A stretch of 64,000 nucleotides of DNA from an uncultured Acidobacteriota bacterium (GCA_963822445.1 CAWGHO010000002.1:1760001-1824000); one strand, 5' to 3'. Shown: positions 1 to 10,185, counted from the stretch's first letter. Notes: generated from the sequence alone by a model not told the origin. Program-made: numbers and translations.

Positions 1-1
1 G

Positions 2-649
2 TCGCTCTGCGATCGCGCCCTCATCTTCGACGATCATTCCGATGACGGCACGGCCGCAATCTGCCGCGCACTCGGACCGCGCGTCACCGTCGTCGAGTCG
101 CCGTTCGAAGGTCTCGACGAGGCCCGCGACAAGAACGAAATGCTTCGTCTTCTCCGGTGGGAGCTGCCGGACTGGGTGCTCTGGATCGACGCCGATGAGG
201 TACTGGAGCGCAGCGGCCCTCAGCTCCTGCGCGAGGCCACGCGCCGCGATCCGTTTGCGGCCGCCTTCGCGCTGCGCGTCGCGTACGTCTGGGACGATCC
301 GGAGCAGGTCCGTGTCGACGGCATCTTCGGGCGCTTCCATCGCGAGTCGCTGTTCCGCATGCGCGGGCAGTCCGTGGAACGCCTTCAGTTTCGGGAGCGC
401 GGTTCGGGGCCGAACCTCCATTGCGGCAACGTGCCGATGAATCTCGCCGGCCATCGCCGCCGTCTGGGCGTGCGTCTCAGGCACTACGGCTACATGACCG
501 CCGAGCAGCGGCAGAGGAAGTACGACTGGTACGTGCACGTCGATCCCGACAACGCTGCGGAAGATCACTATCGGCACATTGCCGGAGAGCGCGGGGCGCG
601 CTACGCACCCGGGCCGCCGCGATTCGTGCGATGGACGGAAGGACGGTGA
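2..649 (+). CDS. Glycosyltransferase family 2 protein (5'-truncated by window edge)
   Basis: Frame open from base 2: ...IFDDHSDDGTAAI...WVLWIDADEVL...LRHYGY; DD/DGT and DxD motifs typical of GT2. Confidence 0.8.
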   Translation, partial: SLCDRALIFDDHSDDGTAAICRALGPRVTVVESPFEGLDEARDKNEMLRLLRWELPDWVLWIDADEVLERSGPQLLREATRRDPFAAAFALRVAYVWDDPEQVRVDGIFGRFHRESLFRMRGQSVERLQFRERGSGPNLHCGNVPMNLAGHRRRLGVRLRHYGYMTAEQRQRKYDWYVHVDPDNAAEDHYRHIAGERGARYAPGPPRFVRWTEGR

Positions 650-653
650 GCAG

Positions 654-1073
654 GTGACCGCCAACCCCATTCAACTGAATCACACCCTCACGATTCTGCA
701 TCCGCTGGTCCCGGCGGCGACCGAAGCCTTCGAGCCGGCGGTCGAGGGCGTGGCCTCGCCCCCTCCCCTGACGAGCGCGGTGCTTTTCAACGCCACCACC
801 GAGGCCGTCAACTCCATCAGCGTCGGCGCGGTCGTGTCTCCGCCGGCCGGCCTGCCCGGCTTCAGCTCCAGCCAGGCCCCGTCTTCGTGCACCTGCAGAC
901 TTTCGCAGGGCGAAACCTCGCTTCAGGTCACGTTCGCGAACGGTGTGGCCTGGTCGTCGACGCTCCTCGTCGGCTCGTACGGCGGCACGGTTTCCATCTG
1001 GTGCTTCGAGAACGGATTCGTGCTCACCACCGCCTCCAATCAGCTCGCGCAGATCAGCTTCTGGTCGGAATGA
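654..1073 (+). CDS. Hypothetical beta-strand-rich protein
   Basis: GTG at 654 just after the GT2 stop, purine-rich upstream sequence, coding-like codon usage, stop overlaps next ATG (ATGA). Confidence 0.6.
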   Translation: MTANPIQLNHTLTILHPLVPAATEAFEPAVEGVASPPPLTSAVLFNATTEAVNSISVGAVVSPPAGLPGFSSSQAPSSCTCRLSQGETSLQVTFANGVAWSSTLLVGSYGGTVSIWCFENGFVLTTASNQLAQISFWSE

Positions 1074-1093
1074 AGAAGAAAGGAACGGGGACG

Positions 1094-1474
1094 ATGACAG
1101 TCGCGGTGTCGGTCTTCAACGCCAACACGGATCAGGTGAACGTGAACATCAACAACTCCTCCTCGGGCTTCAGCATCAACGGCACCACGGCGGCGCTCTC
1201 GTTCTACCCGATGACGCCCACCGCCTCTGACGCGCCCACGTTCGGAAGCCGGCCCGGGCCGAACGTGCTGGGGCCCGGGTCGAACTCACTTGCGATCACG
1301 CCCGTGGGAGTCAATCAGCCCGGACTCTTCACGCTTCAGATCCCGACCACGCAGCAGATCATCTCGCTGCAGCTTTACGTCTTCTGGGACTCGGCGACGA
1401 CGATCGGCTACGCGCTGCTCAACAACGGCCAGGTGCTGGCGATGGAAAACCAGCCGTACGGGAGCCCGTCATGA
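1094..1474 (+). CDS. Hypothetical small beta-strand-rich protein (alternative start 1070)
   Basis: MTVAVSVFNANTDQVNVNINN...; strong C/G third-position bias; ATGA overlap with next gene. Confidence 0.7.
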   Translation: MTVAVSVFNANTDQVNVNINNSSSGFSINGTTAALSFYPMTPTASDAPTFGSRPGPNVLGPGSNSLAITPVGVNQPGLFTLQIPTTQQIISLQLYVFWDSATTIGYALLNNGQVLAMENQPYGSPS

Positions 1475-2844
1475 AACGGGCCGCACTGTCCGCTCTGCTG
1501 ATGCTGATCGCGGCGCATGGCCATGCGCAGACGTGCAATCCGGCTCAGGACGACTGTACCGTCGCGCAGGCGCTCGACCATTACCGCGCGCAACCGCTCG
1601 CGGCGGCGATCGAAAGCGGCGTGCACGCCGCCAACCTTCCGGCGTCGCCATCCGCCGGCGGCATTCACAACACCTATCAGGATTTCCTCAGCCTCTTCGG
1701 CTTCGCCATCGAAAGCGTGACCGAGGAGGACAACGGGCAGGTCATGGTCGTGCGTTTCAATCCACTCCGCGCGGGACGCACGCTCCTCGGCGCGACCCTC
1801 ACGATCATCGAGCCTGCCGTCGGGCAGGTCGTGCAGCGGGCCATCCCCGAGGACGTACGCGCGGCGACGGTGTCCGGCCTGGACCAGAGCCTCGGCGAGA
1901 CGGATGACGTTACGTACTCGCTTTCGTGGTCGCCTGCATCACCCGACTGTCCCGCCGCCGAGCGAAGCGCATGTTGGGGACGTTCGCCGGCCGCCTATCG
2001 CGAGCTGATCGCAACCGTCGCCGCCGCGCACGTGCAGGAGCTCGAGCCGGCGCTCGCGGCGGCGGCCTCCGACCTGTTGCGGTACTTCCCCGGCTCCGCG
2101 GGCTCGCTCTTCGATCAGCCACTCTCTCGCGCCACCGATCGCGAGGCCTTGCTCGCCGGCCTGCGCGATCTCGCCGCGAGTGAACGAACGACGGCGCCTG
2201 TCGCGGCGACAGCGTTGCCGCGCCTCATCGACCAGCAGCCGCAGTTCGCGCTCACGACCAGCTACCGCATGCCCGGCCGCCTCGGCGGCCCTCGTCATTT
2301 CGAAGCCGCGTTCGAATTCCATTCCGGGCTGCGGAACGTCAACGGGTTGCGCCGGCGATGCCACGCCGTCGCCCGGGACAAACGCGCGGCCTGTCTCAAT
2401 GCCGCCATCACCGCGTTCGCGACGAAGGACGCCGTCGTCCACGATTTCGTCGTCCGCGCCACTGCGCGGCGCACGCTTGCCTATCGCGTCGACGACCTCT
2501 GGCTCGATCAGCCGGTCGAGGGCTTCACGCCCATCGATCTCGGGCCGGCGACATCCTTCCGCATCCGCGCGCAGGCCGGGCGGCAGTTCGCGACGCCGCT
2601 GACGGAGCAGCACATCCGCGCGGACTGGTCGCTCGAAGGGACGTTCAATGGCAGCGATGCCACGCGTCCTGCGAATCGATGGGTCTCGACGCTCACCCTC
2701 GCCGTCCCGGCCGGCGCCAGCATGACCATTCCGGTCTCGCTCACGTATGCGAGCGAGGCCGAGCTGCTCGGCGCGCAGACCGATCGCATCGGCGCGCACC
2801 TCGGCCTCACCTGGCGTCTGCCGCGTGCTCTCTCGGGGCAATGA
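1471..2844 (+). CDS. Hypothetical secreted protein, possibly beta-barrel-like at the C-terminus
   Basis: 457-aa ORF with Sec-type signal MKRAALSALLMLIAAHGHA; amphipathic C-terminal strands (GAHLGLTWRL). Confidence 0.65.
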   Translation: MKRAALSALLMLIAAHGHAQTCNPAQDDCTVAQALDHYRAQPLAAAIESGVHAANLPASPSAGGIHNTYQDFLSLFGFAIESVTEEDNGQVMVVRFNPLRAGRTLLGATLTIIEPAVGQVVQRAIPEDVRAATVSGLDQSLGETDDVTYSLSWSPASPDCPAAERSACWGRSPAAYRELIATVAAAHVQELEPALAAAASDLLRYFPGSAGSLFDQPLSRATDREALLAGLRDLAASERTTAPVAATALPRLIDQQPQFALTTSYRMPGRLGGPRHFEAAFEFHSGLRNVNGLRRRCHAVARDKRAACLNAAITAFATKDAVVHDFVVRATARRTLAYRVDDLWLDQPVEGFTPIDLGPATSFRIRAQAGRQFATPLTEQHIRADWSLEGTFNGSDATRPANRWVSTLTLAVPAGASMTIPVSLTYASEAELLGAQTDRIGAHLGLTWRLPRALSGQ

Positions 2845-2949
2845 CGCTCATGACAGGTAGGGAAATGGTCCTCAGCAGGCTCACCCAAACAGGAACAGGA
2901 ACGGCTCGCCCGCGGTGTCCTGTCCTCACGTTCTCCGGATCGGGAGCCC

Positions 2950-3447
2950 ATGTGCTCCGCGATCGGATTCTCCGACGAAATCCTTGCCGCATTGCTTCCG
3001 GTCGCGATCCGGATGGCCACGCGCTGGTGCGCATCCGCCGACGACGCGCAGGACATCGCGCAGGACGCGATGCTCCGCCTGATGCGTCAGAACCGGCCGC
3101 CTGAGAACGTCGCGGCCTGGCTGTTCGTCGTGACGCGACGTCTTTCGCACTTGCGCTGGCAGCGCGAGCGCACGCGCGCGGAGGCGGAAGCCGCGTTCGC
3201 GATGAGCGGTCTGCCGGACCTGCACCTGGAAGTGCGCATTCACGCCGACTCGGTGCTCTCGCAACTGACCCCGAAGGAGCGTGCACTGCTGCTCTTCGTC
3301 GTCGAGGGCTGGCGCACGAACGACATCGCCAGCGCCTTCGGCTGCTCTCCCGGAAACATCGGGACGATGGTCGCGCGTGCGCGGACGAGGGCCAAGGCAA
3401 TCAGTACGGGGAAGCCGCGAAGAAAACATTCATCCCGAAAGCGATAG
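2950..3447 (+). CDS. ECF-type RNA polymerase sigma-70 factor
   Basis: Region 2 DAQDIAQDAMLRL...AWLFVVTRR; region 4 LSQLTPKERALLL...EGWRTNDIASAFGCSPGNIGTMVARAR. Confidence 0.8.
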   Translation: MCSAIGFSDEILAALLPVAIRMATRWCASADDAQDIAQDAMLRLMRQNRPPENVAAWLFVVTRRLSHLRWQRERTRAEAEAAFAMSGLPDLHLEVRIHADSVLSQLTPKERALLLFVVEGWRTNDIASAFGCSPGNIGTMVARARTRAKAISTGKPRRKHSSRKR

Positions 3448-3622
3448 GGACGTCAGAAAAGGATCGCGTGGCGGCTCCTTTCGTTTTGAAGTCAGCTCGG
3501 TTGGGTCCGAGAGCTTCTAACAGAGAAAAGGGAGGTGATTCCCGAGTCCGGAACACGTGTGCGCAGCACCGCGGGCGCAGTCGAGTAGCGCAGTCAGATT
3601 TCTGAAAAGAGAGGAGAGATCC

Positions 3623-4381
3623 ATGGATGGATTCCGGTGGTGGTGCGCTGTCGCGGCGGCGCTGTTCGCCGCGAACGGTGTTGCGGCGAGCGGCGACATC
3701 GTGCAGGTCGTCGTGGTCGATTTGCCGAACTGGATCACGCACATCATCGCCGAGGACGACGGGACCAACCCGTCGAACAACATCATTCCCGTTTCCGATT
3801 GCACGTCGGGCTCGTTCGGGGCCATTCGCCTTCCCCCGGGCGGAAGCGCGATCGCCCGCCACATCGGCCCCTTGTGCGCGCTCGCCGGCGGGGCGGGCGT
3901 TTATCCCGTCGAGAATCCCGGCAGCATCGAATCGCAGCTCGTCTTCACGGAACCGGAGAGCGGCGCGCAGTCGACTCTGATCGTGCCGGCGCTCTCCGAT
4001 CCGTTGATGGCGCGCGGCGACACCGCGCGGATCAGCCGGATCTCGAACGGGAACGGTCAGCAGACGTACCTGGTCGTGTTCGGCGATCCCGGCCCGCTGA
4101 CGCTGCACGTGCTCAACGGCGAACAGCAGCAGGTCGGGATCGAATTCGTCGACGCGCCGCAGTTCCTTCATCCGTTCGCCGTGTTGTTTTACCCATTGCA
4201 GACGCCGGTGGACATCGGCTCGATCGTCGTCATCGAAGGCGACACCAGAACACCGAGCCGTGTCATCCCCAACCGCACGTATCACGGCTTCGCAACGGTG
4301 GCCGGGCCGGATGGCCGCACGCAGGTGATCCGCACCTGGAACCGCCCGCCGGAAGAGCCGGAAGCATCAGCCGACAGGTAG
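3623..4381 (+). CDS. Hypothetical secreted protein
   Basis: GAGGAG SD before ATG 3623; N-terminal signal-like AVAAALFAANGVAA. Confidence 0.65.
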   Translation: MDGFRWWCAVAAALFAANGVAASGDIVQVVVVDLPNWITHIIAEDDGTNPSNNIIPVSDCTSGSFGAIRLPPGGSAIARHIGPLCALAGGAGVYPVENPGSIESQLVFTEPESGAQSTLIVPALSDPLMARGDTARISRISNGNGQQTYLVVFGDPGPLTLHVLNGEQQQVGIEFVDAPQFLHPFAVLFYPLQTPVDIGSIVVIEGDTRTPSRVIPNRTYHGFATVAGPDGRTQVIRTWNRPPEEPEASADR

Positions 4382-4404
4382 ACAGACAACGAAAAGGAGA
4401 AAGC

Positions 4405-4656
4405 ATGGCCATCACCATCATTCGTAATCAGACACGCGGCGTTCTGGAGCTTTGGGACGCCGGGAAGAAGCTCAAGACCATTCCGGTGGGAGGTTCCCTC
4501 CAACAGGTCCCCATCACCATCACGCAGGTCACGAGATCAGGGGTCATCCTCGCCAGAAAGAAGGGCGGGTTCGCGAACGACGACTCCTACGTGGCGACGT
4601 ACGCCAACAATTCGGTCGTGTTCACCGGTAACACGAGCGTGGTGACGTTCACATAG
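4405..4656 (+). CDS. Hypothetical small protein (83 aa)
   Basis: AAGGAG SD before ATG 4405; followed by a hairpin. Confidence 0.65.
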   Translation: MAITIIRNQTRGVLELWDAGKKLKTIPVGGSLQQVPITITQVTRSGVILARKKGGFANDDSYVATYANNSVVFTGNTSVVTFT

Positions 4657-4669
4657 TCGCGGCTCGATC

Positions 4670-4699
4670 GAGGGAGGCGGACTTTCACCCGCCTCCCTC
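4670..4699. terminator. GC-rich hairpin between convergent genes (possible bidirectional terminator)
   Basis: GAGGGAGGCGG-loop-CCGCCTCCCTC, 11-bp perfect stem; no clear U-tract. Confidence 0.5.
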
Positions 4700-4756
4700 C
4701 CGGATCAGGGCTCGATGACGAAGTTGTTAATCCGGTGGTCGGAGTTCGAGCTCGCC

Positions 4757-7700
4757 CTACCTCAGCGCCGCCCGCGCCGCCTCCGGAGTCGCCCGCTCGT
4801 TGGCCTCGAACTCGGTCAACTCTCGGCGCGCTCGCTCGGCCAGCTCTCCCATGCGCACCTGCTCGTAGCAGAGGGCGCGCATCTGCAGGATCTCCTTGAA
4901 CCAGGCGGTGTGCGGCTCGAGCGCGCGGAGGGCACCGATCGTCTGTCCGTTGCACTGTCCGTCCGCCCACGTTCGCGCGACGTAAGCGACGCGGCGTACT
5001 TCCTCGAGTTGATAGGCCGCGTAGGGAACGGAAAGCGCTGCCAGCACGGGCGAGTGTTGCGTTTCGGTGGTGATCGCCGCGGCGACGGTGATCGTCGACT
5101 CCATGACGCCGCGCAGTGGCCACGGATCGTCGCGATACGCCATGAGCGCCCTTGCGATCAGATCGAGCGCCTCGCCCGAGCGTCCCTGGCGATAGCGAAG
5201 CATGCCGACGATCGCGTCGGCTTCGACCGGCTGCCACGCGCGCAACTCGTTTGCGAACTCCTCGGCGCGCGAATCGCCGGAAAGCGCGAGCACATGCGCG
5301 ACCGACGCGAGCTGCCGCGAGTTCACGGGGGTCCACGGCGCCGATTTCCAGGCAGCTGCCGCGCTGCCGAACTCCGACGCGCCATACATCAGCGCGAACT
5401 CGCTGCGTGCGCCGGCGGATGGCAGGTAGGCGATCGACGCGCGGTTTGCGTCGACGACATTCCAGTCCACCGCGCCACGAAGCCATCGCGGCCGGGTGCC
5501 ACGAGCATTGCGCGCTGCCGCGGCGATGTCCGCGGTTCCGAACGAGTCGCGTCCCAGCGATCGCGCGAATCCGAACTCGATGACCGGGCGATCGTCGGTA
5601 TTCAGTTGCGGCGCGTCCTTGCCCAACGCCGACGCCACATCCTCGTTCGCGATGAAGTGCGCGAGCACCCCCTCGGCCGACTCGACCCGCCACGCGGAAT
5701 GCGTCGCGGCGCGGAACGGCTCCTGCGCGAGACGGCGGCGGATTCCGTCGACGTCAACCTGTAGAGGCTCGCGGGACGCCAGCAGCACGATGTCGCCGGG
5801 ATTCGTCGTCCAGGTCTGCACGTGAGGAAAGACCGTGGTGAGTGTCGCGTATACCGTGCGCGCGGTCTGCTCGTCGATCGAGTACGTCTGCAACCATTGC
5901 GCGAAAACGCCGCCTCGCTCCAGGCGCGCCGCCGCGGCTTCGTAGAACTCGCGGGTGTACAGACTGGCGACGCCGGCGCGATACGGATTGGAAGGCTCGG
6001 AAAAGATGATGTCGTAGCGGGCGCGCGACACCAGCAGCGTCTCGCGTGCGTCGCCCGTCGCGACGTGCACTTTCGCGTTGTCGAGCGCACCGCGATTCAC
6101 AGCCGCGAACTCGCGCGCCATGCGAACGACCGCGGGCTCGAGCTCGACGACGTCCACGCGCTTCATCGACGGGATCGCTCCGAGCCAGCCGGCGGTGGTG
6201 CCGGTGCCGAGGCCTACGATCATTGCCGTTCGCGGATCGGGATGGAGCAGCGCCGCGATCATGCCCGCCATCACCTGCGTCCCCGCGTCGCGTCGCGCGG
6301 AACCGTCGGATTTGCCGTTCACGATCAGGCCGAGATCGTCGTCGCGCATGAGGGCGATGCTGCTCTCGCGGCCTTCAGCCTCCGCGACCAGCGTGCGCCG
6401 GACGGAGTTCATCCAGCCGCGCGCGTCCGCGGCGCTCGTCGTCTTCGGCGCGCGTCCCGCGCCAATCCCGGAGTGCCGCCAGACCGCGCTCGGTCCCGTC
6501 GCGAACAACACCGCGACGGCCGCGCCGCCGACGAGCGTCGTGTACGCGAGCTGCGACGTCCGCTGCGCTCGCCAGGCGAACACCACCGCCAGCCCGACCA
6601 GCATTGCGACGGACAGCCGCCAGCAACCGGTCGCGGTCAGCCGCGGGATGAGAACGAAGCCGCCGGCGAGTGATCCTACGATTGCCCCGGCGGTGTTCCA
6701 CGCGTACGCGGAGCCGACGTCGCGGCCGACGTCTTCTCTTCCATGCCCGAGGAGTGCGATCAGCAATGGGAACTGCACGCCGGCGACGATCGCCGCGGGC
6801 AGCACCACGATCGCGGTGACGGTTGCCCAGCCCGCGATCTGTGCGCCGAAGGTCGAGACGTCGCGCAGAGCGAGAGCGAGCAGCGCGATGCGATCGCCGA
6901 TCGCGAACGGCACGCCGACCGCCAGCGCTTCTGCGGCGAGCGCGATCCCGAGGCCGCCCGAAGTCGCGAGCGCCGCGCCGCCCCAGCGCGCGTAAAGAAC
7001 GCCGCCGATGCCGATTCCCGCCAGCGCCATCGCCAGCACGAGCGCGAACATGAACGTCGTGCCGCCGAGAAGCGGCGAGAGCATGCGGTACCAGACCAGC
7101 TCCATGAGCAGGAACACGAAGCCGGTCATGGCCGCGGCGGCGCAGACCACATTCCGTCGCAGCAAGGGACTCTTCGCACGACGAGTGCTCTTCTCCGGCA
7201 CGACCTCCGCCTCGACGCTCGCCGGTCGACTGCAGAAAGCGACGACACCGATGGCGAGGTTGATTGCCGCCGCCGCGAAGAGCGTCCCGCGGTTGCCATA
7301 GCGCTCGAGCAGAATGAACGCGGCGATGACCGCGCCCGTCACGGCGCCGGCGGTGTTCATCGCGTAGAGCAAGGCGACGCTGCGCCGGCCGGAATCACCA
7401 GCGATGCTGCGCGCGGCCGCGGGCAACGTTCCGCCCATGAGAAACGTCGGCAGACCGAGGACCAGCGCGGCGAGAACGAATCGCAGTGCGATCGAGCCGC
7501 CCGAGCCGACGTACGCGATGCGCACGAAGTCGATCAGGAGCGGCGTGAGCGCGGCGGCGATCGCGATCCCGATCTCCAGCAGGCCGTAGAAGCGGAGTGG
7601 ATGCGGGTGCGTGTCGGACTTCTTGCCGAGCACCGCCGCGCCGGCGCCGAGGCCGGCCATGAAGATGGCCAGGACGGCGGCGGCGGCGAGCGTCGACGTG

Positions 7701-7801
7701 CCGAAGACGAGCCGCAGCTCGCGCATCCAGACGGTCTGATAAACGAGGGCGCACAGGCCGGAGACGAACAGCAGCGAGGCGACTGCCGAGGTTTTCTGCA
7801 T
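4757..7801 (-). CDS. Fused multi-TM/spermidine synthase-like SAM-dependent protein
   Basis: Two hydrophobic repeats (SGLCALVYQTVW, TGFVFLLMELVW) then IVGLGTGTT, VELEPAVV, DIIFSEPSNP spermidine-synthase motifs. Confidence 0.85.
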   Translation of the reverse strand: MQKTSAVASLLFVSGLCALVYQTVWMRELRLVFGTSTLAAAAVLAIFMAGLGAGAAVLGKKSDTHPHPLRFYGLLEIGIAIAAALTPLLIDFVRIAYVGSGGSIALRFVLAALVLGLPTFLMGGTLPAAARSIAGDSGRRSVALLYAMNTAGAVTGAVIAAFILLERYGNRGTLFAAAAINLAIGVVAFCSRPASVEAEVVPEKSTRRAKSPLLRRNVVCAAAAMTGFVFLLMELVWYRMLSPLLGGTTFMFALVLAMALAGIGIGGVLYARWGGAALATSGGLGIALAAEALAVGVPFAIGDRIALLALALRDVSTFGAQIAGWATVTAIVVLPAAIVAGVQFPLLIALLGHGREDVGRDVGSAYAWNTAGAIVGSLAGGFVLIPRLTATGCWRLSVAMLVGLAVVFAWRAQRTSQLAYTTLVGGAAVAVLFATGPSAVWRHSGIGAGRAPKTTSAADARGWMNSVRRTLVAEAEGRESSIALMRDDDLGLIVNGKSDGSARRDAGTQVMAGMIAALLHPDPRTAMIVGLGTGTTAGWLGAIPSMKRVDVVELEPAVVRMAREFAAVNRGALDNAKVHVATGDARETLLVSRARYDIIFSEPSNPYRAGVASLYTREFYEAAAARLERGGVFAQWLQTYSIDEQTARTVYATLTTVFPHVQTWTTNPGDIVLLASREPLQVDVDGIRRRLAQEPFRAATHSAWRVESAEGVLAHFIANEDVASALGKDAPQLNTDDRPVIEFGFARSLGRDSFGTADIAAAARNARGTRPRWLRGAVDWNVVDANRASIAYLPSAGARSEFALMYGASEFGSAAAAWKSAPWTPVNSRQLASVAHVLALSGDSRAEEFANELRAWQPVEADAIVGMLRYRQGRSGEALDLIARALMAYRDDPWPLRGVMESTITVAAAITTETQHSPVLAALSVPYAAYQLEEVRRVAYVARTWADGQCNGQTIGALRALEPHTAWFKEILQMRALCYEQVRMGELAERARRELTEFEANERATPEAARAALR

Positions 7802-7850
7802 CCCCTCAACGTACGACCGAAGGAGAGAGGGGACTGTGACGCGTGGGCCG

Positions 7851-8294
7851 TCAGCGCACCGTCGCGCTCATGATCGTGTAGATCTCGCGGTAGCGGCGCT
7901 CGCCGGCCTCGAAGTCGACCTCCGCCCGGATGTTCAGCGGTTCCGACGGACTGAGTCCGCGCGTCGATGAGACCGCTTCGGCCAGGACCGAGAACGTCTT
8001 CGATCCGCCGGGCGGGATGACGTCGTTGAACGTCCGCACGACCGGCAGGATCTCGTAGTCCATCATCGACGGCGAGGACAGGCGGATCCTCCGCACGCGG
8101 ACCTCGACCTTCGCGGGATTGTTCACCGTGACGTCGAAGGAAGCCTGCGCGGTGCGGCTCGATCCGAACATCAGCGGCGCGCGCAGATTCACACCCACCT
8201 CAGCCTGGGCAACGTCGGCGGGTCGCACCGCCTGAGTACTGCTCGCGCAGGCGGCGAGCATCACGATGAGAAGGGCAATCAGGAAAACGCGCAT
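7851..8294 (-). CDS. Hypothetical lipoprotein
   Basis: MRVFLIALLIVMLAAC lipobox. Confidence 0.75.
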   Translation of the reverse strand: MRVFLIALLIVMLAACASSTQAVRPADVAQAEVGVNLRAPLMFGSSRTAQASFDVTVNNPAKVEVRVRRIRLSSPSMMDYEILPVVRTFNDVIPPGGSKTFSVLAEAVSSTRGLSPSEPLNIRAEVDFEAGERRYREIYTIMSATVR

Positions 8295-8332
8295 GGCGCT
8301 TTTTGCCTGCAACGTGCGTGCGCATGGCCTTC

Positions 8333-10075
8333 TTACGTGATTCCCACCCCCGAGAAGGCGTCGCTCACGGCCTGCACCTTCACGTCCTTATCCGCATCGT
8401 TGCGGAAGAGCGACCGTGCCCACTGCTCGACGGCGCGGCGGCTCGCGGCGAAGTCCGACGTTCGGGACAGGCTCTGGGTGAGGGCCAGGTAGAACATCGC
8501 CGCGACCTGGGAGGCGGTGAAGAGGAACTGGCCGCCGCGGCGCGTGGTGAGAATCGTGTGCGCGGCCTTGTTGTGGATGCCGCTGTTCCAGTGCACGCCG
8601 CCCCAGTCTCCCTCGCGCGTCTCCGGCAGGCGGCGATAGTCGTTCATGTGCGCCGGCTGATTGTGCTTGGTGGGATCGGCGAGATTGCGAATGGGCAGGC
8701 CCGTTTCGGTGAGGTCCTCGCCGAGGCGCCAGTCCCACTTGGCGAGGTTGGTCTGGTTGATGTTCGAGACGATGATTCCGAAGATGTCCGAGTAGGACTC
8801 GTTCAGCGCGCCCGACTGACCGCGATATTCGAGTCGCGAGGTCTTGTCGGTCAGGCCGTGGAAGATCTCGTGCGCGACGACGTCCTTCGCCGCGGCGTAA
8901 CTGCGCAGCCGCGTGCCGACCTTGCGCTGGCCGTACACCATCTGTTTTCCGACCCAGGCGGCGTTCTTCCACTCCTGCGTTCCGGGGCGGTCGACGCAAT
9001 TGATGGTCGAGATCACCGGGCCGCCGGCGTTGTCGAGACCGTTGCGGCGCAGCACCTTCGCCAGGAAGTCGACGACCTCCGTCGCGTTCGCGTGCGCGCT
9101 GATCGCGGCAGGACTCCACGGTTTGGGCGGCTGATTGCTCACCACCGTGCCGGGAAGGCGGCCGAACTCCGCGTTGATGTTGCGGAAACTGAAGTCGAAC
9201 GTGGTCACGTTGCGCGTCGTGTCGCGCAGCACGAAGCCGGGGCCGTTCGCGGCGCACTCGATCTCGCGCAACGCTTTCAGTTCGTCCGCCGCTTTTTTCA
9301 CCAGGGACTGCGTGCGCGGCAGCTCGTCGACCAGCTCGCCCGAGTGCGCGTCGGTCACGTAATCGTAGAGCTGCGGGATCGGGTAGTTCACCTCACTCTT
9401 CTTCTCGACGTTCTCGGTGATGTAGACGAGGCGCCAGCGGCTGACTTCGCGGTCGTAGTAGAAGTTGAGGCGCGGGATGGCGGTGAGGCGATTCTGCTGA
9501 TAGCCCGCCGCTTTGCGCACGGTGTCGAGCGCGTCGGCCGGCGACACGCGCGCGACCGGATCGATGTTCACCGGCTCGGCCAGCGACGAATCGAGCGCGA
9601 CCAGTGCGTTCTGATCGTCCAGCTCGACGGTGATGATCGAGCCGTAGACCGGCACCTTGTGAAAGTGCTGGCGGAACTTCACCGTGGTCGTTCCGGTGAG
9701 CGGCATCGTCTCGGTTCCGATCGATTTGTACTCGCCCGGCTCGCCGCTGACTTCACCGGGCATGAACGAAGGCAGGGCCTCGCTGGCGAAGGCGCGGGAG
9801 AGGTGTTGCCGCGCCGCGGTTTCCTTGTCCACACCGCTGAGACTCATCTCCGGGACGGGTGAGAAGTCGGCGGCGGCGGCCGTGGCCAGTGCGGCCATGG
9901 CCGGCCCCGAGGCCGTCTCATCGCGATGCATGGCGAAGGGACGCAAGCCCGTATTCGACGGCGGCGGTCCGGTCAGCGCGGCCACTTCCACCGTTGCCGC
10001 GGCGCGTTTGGTGGAGCTTTTCCGGCTGCTGCTCTTCTTCTTCGTTCCTCGTGAGGCCTTGCGCGTCGATGCCAT
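8333..10075 (-). CDS. M4 family (thermolysin-like) metallopeptidase with FTP/PepSY propeptide
   Basis: HEIFH zinc motif, GALNESYSD, NAAW, GGVHWNSGIHN; FRQHFHKVPVYG is FTP-like. Confidence 0.92.
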   Translation of the reverse strand: MASTRKASRGTKKKSSSRKSSTKRAAATVEVAALTGPPPSNTGLRPFAMHRDETASGPAMAALATAAAADFSPVPEMSLSGVDKETAARQHLSRAFASEALPSFMPGEVSGEPGEYKSIGTETMPLTGTTTVKFRQHFHKVPVYGSIITVELDDQNALVALDSSLAEPVNIDPVARVSPADALDTVRKAAGYQQNRLTAIPRLNFYYDREVSRWRLVYITENVEKKSEVNYPIPQLYDYVTDAHSGELVDELPRTQSLVKKAADELKALREIECAANGPGFVLRDTTRNVTTFDFSFRNINAEFGRLPGTVVSNQPPKPWSPAAISAHANATEVVDFLAKVLRRNGLDNAGGPVISTINCVDRPGTQEWKNAAWVGKQMVYGQRKVGTRLRSYAAAKDVVAHEIFHGLTDKTSRLEYRGQSGALNESYSDIFGIIVSNINQTNLAKWDWRLGEDLTETGLPIRNLADPTKHNQPAHMNDYRRLPETREGDWGGVHWNSGIHNKAAHTILTTRRGGQFLFTASQVAAMFYLALTQSLSRTSDFAASRRAVEQWARSLFRNDADKDVKVQAVSDAFSGVGIT

Positions 10076-10156
10076 GAGTTCCCTCCGTCTAATGGAGGGT
10101 ACACGGGGCGGATTTTCCTACCCAGCCCGTGCCGCCACCTGTTTTTCCGGCGAATA

Positions 10157-10185
10157 TTGACGCTCCCGGACCCGTTCACTACACT
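10157..10185 (+). promoter_or_regulatory. Sigma70 promoter of tRNA-Cys
   Basis: TTGACG-17 bp-TACACT. Confidence 0.7.
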
